DNA of 32,000 bases. It comes from an uncultured bacterium. GTDB lineage: Bacteria > Margulisbacteria > WOR-1 > CAVSGV01. The notes below the pieces were generated by a model that searched no databases, had not been told where the DNA came from, and was given only the letters and a program-made list of their open reading frames with translations. Made by a program: the position numbers and the translations under genes. Of this stretch, positions 28,340 through 32,000 are shown one piece after another (the stretch's first letter is position 1; each line of letters starts with the position of its first letter). The stretch is taken from contig OY969425.1 in assembly GCA_963699255.1 (NCBI GenBank), positions 1,410,001-1,442,000 on the forward strand, written 5' to 3'.

Positions 28340-31300
28340 TAGCTTATAATATTTATTATTTTTACATGCACCCTTGATATTACTTGCTTTACTTAGCCCA
28401 AGACTTTTTATAGGCACATTGAAATAAAGGGCGAACACTAAATCATCAATGTAATCTTTTATTTTTGATTGTTTGCCAAGATCAATTACAGGTAAATCCT
28501 TTAACTCTGACAGCGTAATAGTTTTCTTTTCCATATCGATTAATTGGTCGCAGCCATATTCCTCGCTTATAGCCTTTTTTACCTTTTCGATATTGCTTCT
28601 AATTGTATACTTAGTTTTGCTTTTGTCTTTTTCTAATACGATTTTATTTCCTTCAATTGATACCTTATCAAACCTTTGAACCATTACACTAGAAAAATCG
28701 ATATAATCAGATAGCCTTGATACTTCCAAAGTCAACAACTCCGCAGTTTGCTTGATAATCTCATCTTTTACCTGTTTATTGAAATTGCCAATCTTAGGGA
28801 CTCTTATGTACCCCTTAATCGCTTTTATTGGCAAAAGAAATGCTTGTTCTTGTTCTTGCAATAGATTCTTTTTAAGAATTAACCTGTTGGTGCTACTATT
28901 GAGGAGCGATAACAAATACATGGTTTCATTTTTATTATTTGACGATATTGTGAGCGATTGATTGCTTACAAGGAGAATGTCTTTATCGCAAAATTGAAAC
29001 CTTGGAGCATCTTTTGTCCTCCAAATTATTTTATATTGCTGTTGAAATACATTAATACCCTGACTTCCTTGCGGGAATGTTATTTCGGCATTTTTCGGAT
29101 AAAACTCTTTTCCATTTGTTGTTATTGTATACCTTGAATAGTCATTATTTTTATAATCGAAGATTTCGTAGGCATTGGTTTTATTATTGGTAACATTATT
29201 TAACAAAATATTTCCACCCCCATCAAAATAAAACCTGCTTCCATATTTCTTTTCTGCAGCATAATGCTCGTAATAAGTAGAGCTATCGTCAGTGTTTCTC
29301 TTATATTCTTCATAAAAGCCTAAATATGTTTTATTATGTTTAATAAAGTTCCAATTGGTGACATTTTGAAATAACTTCCCTTGCAGAACCTCTTTTTTAT
29401 CAACGTTTTTACCAGATAATATATTCTGTAAGGTTTCCTCAATGCTATCATCTGGGTTGTTATAATTAATAATTTCAACCTTATGAAGCACCGACGGCGT
29501 CTTTCTGCTTACGACAATTATTAAACTTGAGGTGGTCACTGGTTTATCTTGTTTTAGGCCTCTGCCAATAAACATTTTTCCGCTAAACGTGATTATCTTT
29601 TCAATAGTAGTATATTTTGCCAAATGATAGCGAATTACATCAAGATCGCCGGCAGTTAAAATAGTCTGTGGAATTATATAGCAGAGTTTCCCATTATCTT
29701 TGAGCAATGCAATTCCCAATGAAATAAATAATGTATAAAGGTTTGGCTTTGGCGCATACTTCTTTTGTGCATCGGGGGTACTATGCAGATTAACGCCATA
29801 TACATTATTTAAACTAGCCTTCCCCTGCTTCATTAATTCAAAGAATAATATTTTCTGTTTTGAACATTCATTATAACCAATATAAGGAGGGTTACCGATT
29901 ACATAATCAAACCTTCGCCTAGGGCAGCTTGGTTGATTTTCAAGGCTTTTTTTCATATCTTCTATATCGCTTGGATCTCGGACGAAACTGGGATATTCAA
30001 GATTCAGCTTCGATGAAGAAAAGAGCCTTTGTTGGCCCCCTTCGATGTCAATATCGTTAATTGTATTTCTTATGGCCGTATCAAGAAACTCTGAAATACT
30101 GTCTTTGGTTTTGAATAATTTAATCTTTTTATCAATTGGATTATTATATTTGGCCCCGATTATTATTGGGAGCATCCGCATTAAAATGCTCATTTCAGCA
30201 AGATACAACGGGAACTCTGCTATATCCAAGCCGAATATATTTTCATTTACGATTTTTTCAATTGCTTTCGATGCATCTTCATTCTGCCTGGTAAATGCAT
30301 TAACGATTGAGTCAACAGCGCTATACAAAAACGTTCCGCTACCACATGCCGGATCAATTAAGGATAGGCCTTTTTCTTCAGAAATATTATCTTTCAGACA
30401 GCTCCCATAATATCCGATTTGCTTCAGCATAAATGAAACAATCGCCGGATCTGTATAATATTGCCCCTTATTTTCATCCTCGTATAATTCCTTTAAATAA
30501 TTTTCATATATATACCCAAAAATTTCATAGCGAACATTTGCAAAGTTATATTGACCAATAAAAACAAAGATATCTAGCCACGGCGAAACATCATGAAGTT
30601 CATTTTGGGGTTTCCTAATAAGTTCAAGCAATTTACTTGTTATATAATTTTGCTCTTCGGAAAATGGACGATATATGTTTTTAGAAATCGTTGCAGAGAT
30701 TCCGTCAACGATGCCAAGAATTTTACCGTATTGTTGTGATTTTAAGCATCGATATATTGTTTGGTAACTGTCGGTATATTCTTTTTTAAAGTCATCAAAG
30801 TCATTATCAGCAATTGTTTTATATAATATGAATTGAATGATATATGCATAAGTTATCTCAGTAGCTCTTTTGCTTGCTTCTTTATCTTTGCCAAGATACC
30901 CCTCTAAGTCAATCTTATGTTTAAAACTTCTTATTAGTTGGGTAATATGAGCGAAAAATAACTCCATATTACTCTCCACAGGAAGCTTATCTTCTTTTAT
31001 TAAAGAAAGTTGCCCTTTTGGTTCAAAATATGAGAGGTAATATGTTTCTGGTTTAATGTATTCTTTCCAATACTCAACAAATCTATCAGGATCATTTAAT
31101 ATCTGATCCAAAGTGAAGGAGCGATATATGTTGTTATTGTAAAATCGCCAGGTGTAGCCATCTGTTAATATGCCGTAATGTTTTTCAAAATCTTTTTGAT
31201 AATTAAATAGCTGCTTTACTCCGGCCTCTATATTTCCATAACATTCCGCTTCAACGGGGATAAGGATATCGGGATTAATATATATTACAAAATCCGCCCT

Positions 31301-31504
31301 TCTCTTTTCCTTCGCTTTTTTCTCGTGGATATATTCATTCTTTAGTCTTTCTCTTTTTGTTGATAACGCCCCCTCTTTGAGATGAAATAGCTCTGGTGAT
31401 TCGAGGCAGTCTATTATAAAGCTGTGGACACCTGTTCCGGTTTCTTGGGTTTTATATTGTTGCTTTTCACTTGACCATTTACTTTTTAGTCCCTTAATGT
31501 CCAT
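28319..31504 (-). CDS. Type IIG-like restriction-modification enzyme (N-terminal nuclease-like region fused to N6-adenine methyltransferase)
   Basis: KRRADFVIYINPDILIPVEAECYG nuclease-like region; SLIDPACGSGTFLYSAVD; FDYVIGNPPYIGYNE (motif IV NPPY); long C-terminal target recognition-like region. Confidence 0.85.
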   Translation of the reverse strand: MDIKGLKSKWSSEKQQYKTQETGTGVHSFIIDCLESPELFHLKEGALSTKRERLKNEYIHEKKAKEKRRADFVIYINPDILIPVEAECYGNIEAGVKQLFNYQKDFEKHYGILTDGYTWRFYNNNIYRSFTLDQILNDPDRFVEYWKEYIKPETYYLSYFEPKGQLSLIKEDKLPVESNMELFFAHITQLIRSFKHKIDLEGYLGKDKEASKRATEITYAYIIQFILYKTIADNDFDDFKKEYTDSYQTIYRCLKSQQYGKILGIVDGISATISKNIYRPFSEEQNYITSKLLELIRKPQNELHDVSPWLDIFVFIGQYNFANVRYEIFGYIYENYLKELYEDENKGQYYTDPAIVSFMLKQIGYYGSCLKDNISEEKGLSLIDPACGSGTFLYSAVDSIVNAFTRQNEDASKAIEKIVNENIFGLDIAEFPLYLAEMSILMRMLPIIIGAKYNNPIDKKIKLFKTKDSISEFLDTAIRNTINDIDIEGGQQRLFSSSKLNLEYPSFVRDPSDIEDMKKSLENQPSCPRRRFDYVIGNPPYIGYNECSKQKILFFELMKQGKASLNNVYGVNLHSTPDAQKKYAPKPNLYTLFISLGIALLKDNGKLCYIIPQTILTAGDLDVIRYHLAKYTTIEKIITFSGKMFIGRGLKQDKPVTTSSLIIVVSRKTPSVLHKVEIINYNNPDDSIEETLQNILSGKNVDKKEVLQGKLFQNVTNWNFIKHNKTYLGFYEEYKRNTDDSSTYYEHYAAEKKYGSRFYFDGGGNILLNNVTNNKTNAYEIFDYKNNDYSRYTITTNGKEFYPKNAEITFPQGSQGINVFQQQYKIIWRTKDAPRFQFCDKDILLVSNQSLTISSNNKNETMYLLSLLNSSTNRLILKKNLLQEQEQAFLLPIKAIKGYIRVPKIGNFNKQVKDEIIKQTAELLTLEVSRLSDYIDFSSVMVQRFDKVSIEGNKIVLEKDKSKTKYTIRSNIEKVKKAISEEYGCDQLIDMEKKTITLSELKDLPVIDLGKQSKIKDYIDDLVFALYFNVPIKSLGLSKASNIKGACKNNKYYKLVSASKE

Positions 31505-31552
31505 CTTATTCCTTTATATGAGAATGATATTTGAAATATATCTGTTTTGTGA

Positions 31553-31581
31553 ATTATACGCTTATAGCTTATGTGCGTAAA
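31553..31581 (-). promoter_or_regulatory. Putative promoter of the R-M gene
   Basis: Minus strand TTTACG (31581-31576), 17 bp, TATAAT (31558-31553). Confidence 0.5.
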
Positions 31582-31820
31582 GGGTGAGGAAACCACAGCG
31601 TCAGGGCCTCTTTTTGGCCTTTTCTCGCATATCTATTCTCTAGTCTCTAATCTCCAATCTCTACTTTCCCATCTTCCATCTCCCATTTGCCACTCTTGCC
31701 AACGATATCGCCATGTGATATACTTTCCCGTTGTTCTCCCGATTCCTTATATTAAAAAATATAAGTTGTTGAGGGATCCCGATCTCAGGTCGGGATCAAT
31801 AATGTTAAGGAGGATCCATT

Positions 31821-32000
31821 TTGAAACCATATGAAGCGATAGTTATTTTCAATTCCGGCATCACGGAAGACAAGATCGACGCGTCCATAGCAAAATTCGA
31901 GAAAAAAATAAAGGACTCAGGCGGCACAGACGTTGCCACCGCGAAATGGGGAACGAGAAAACTCGCTTCGCCGATGAAAAAAGCCAAGAAAGCTTCGGAA
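31821..32000 (+). CDS. rpsF: 30S ribosomal protein S6, partial (5' part)
   Basis: TTG start with AAGGAGGA at 31807-31814; MKPYEAIVIFNSGITEDKIDASIAKFEKKIKDSGGTDVATAKWGTRKLASPMKKAKKASE. Absent from the ORF track because of the TTG start and window edge. Confidence 0.85.
   Translation, partial: MKPYEAIVIFNSGITEDKIDASIAKFEKKIKDSGGTDVATAKWGTRKLASPMKKAKKASE

Noticed and set aside
31603-31624. Rho-independent terminator on plus strand (GGCCtctttttGGCCTTTT)
   Set aside because: Only a 4-bp solid stem, no plus-strand gene immediately upstream; too weak to call.

Overview
The window is mostly core-genome sequence from an uncultivated-looking bacterium (lineage inferred only from gene style). It runs left to right as follows. 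(1) The C-terminal part of a very large exported surface or outer-membrane protein, broken by one frameshift and carrying a 66-bp in-frame minisatellite. (2) A long minus-strand lipid operon: yceD-like/rpmF/plsX/fabH/acyl-CoA dehydrogenase/etfB/ferredoxin-fused etfA/fabD/fabG (frameshifted)/acpP/fabK-like/fabF. (3) A lipoprotein, a four-helix-bundle protein, xerC/D, an M15-like peptidase and metK. (4) A minus-strand cluster of smc with a strikingly short hinge, a 16-repeat propeller-like exported protein, and a phosphodiester glycosidase-like protein. (5) A small defence-type region with a RhuM-Fic/Doc protein and a Type IIG-like restriction-modification protein, followed by the start of rpsF. 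No rRNA, tRNA or CRISPR was recognised. The most interesting items are: BIME-like paired inverted hairpins with covariation (12080-12148 and 17743-17814); a probable electron-bifurcating Fd-EtfAB/acyl-CoA dehydrogenase module inside a fatty-acid synthesis operon; the SMC mini-hinge; orphan 'LxGxTKExxxVVEG' C-terminal tails downstream of both defence genes; a perfect sigma70 promoter giving an almost leaderless lipid-operon mRNA; and several quasi-palindromic intergenic elements.
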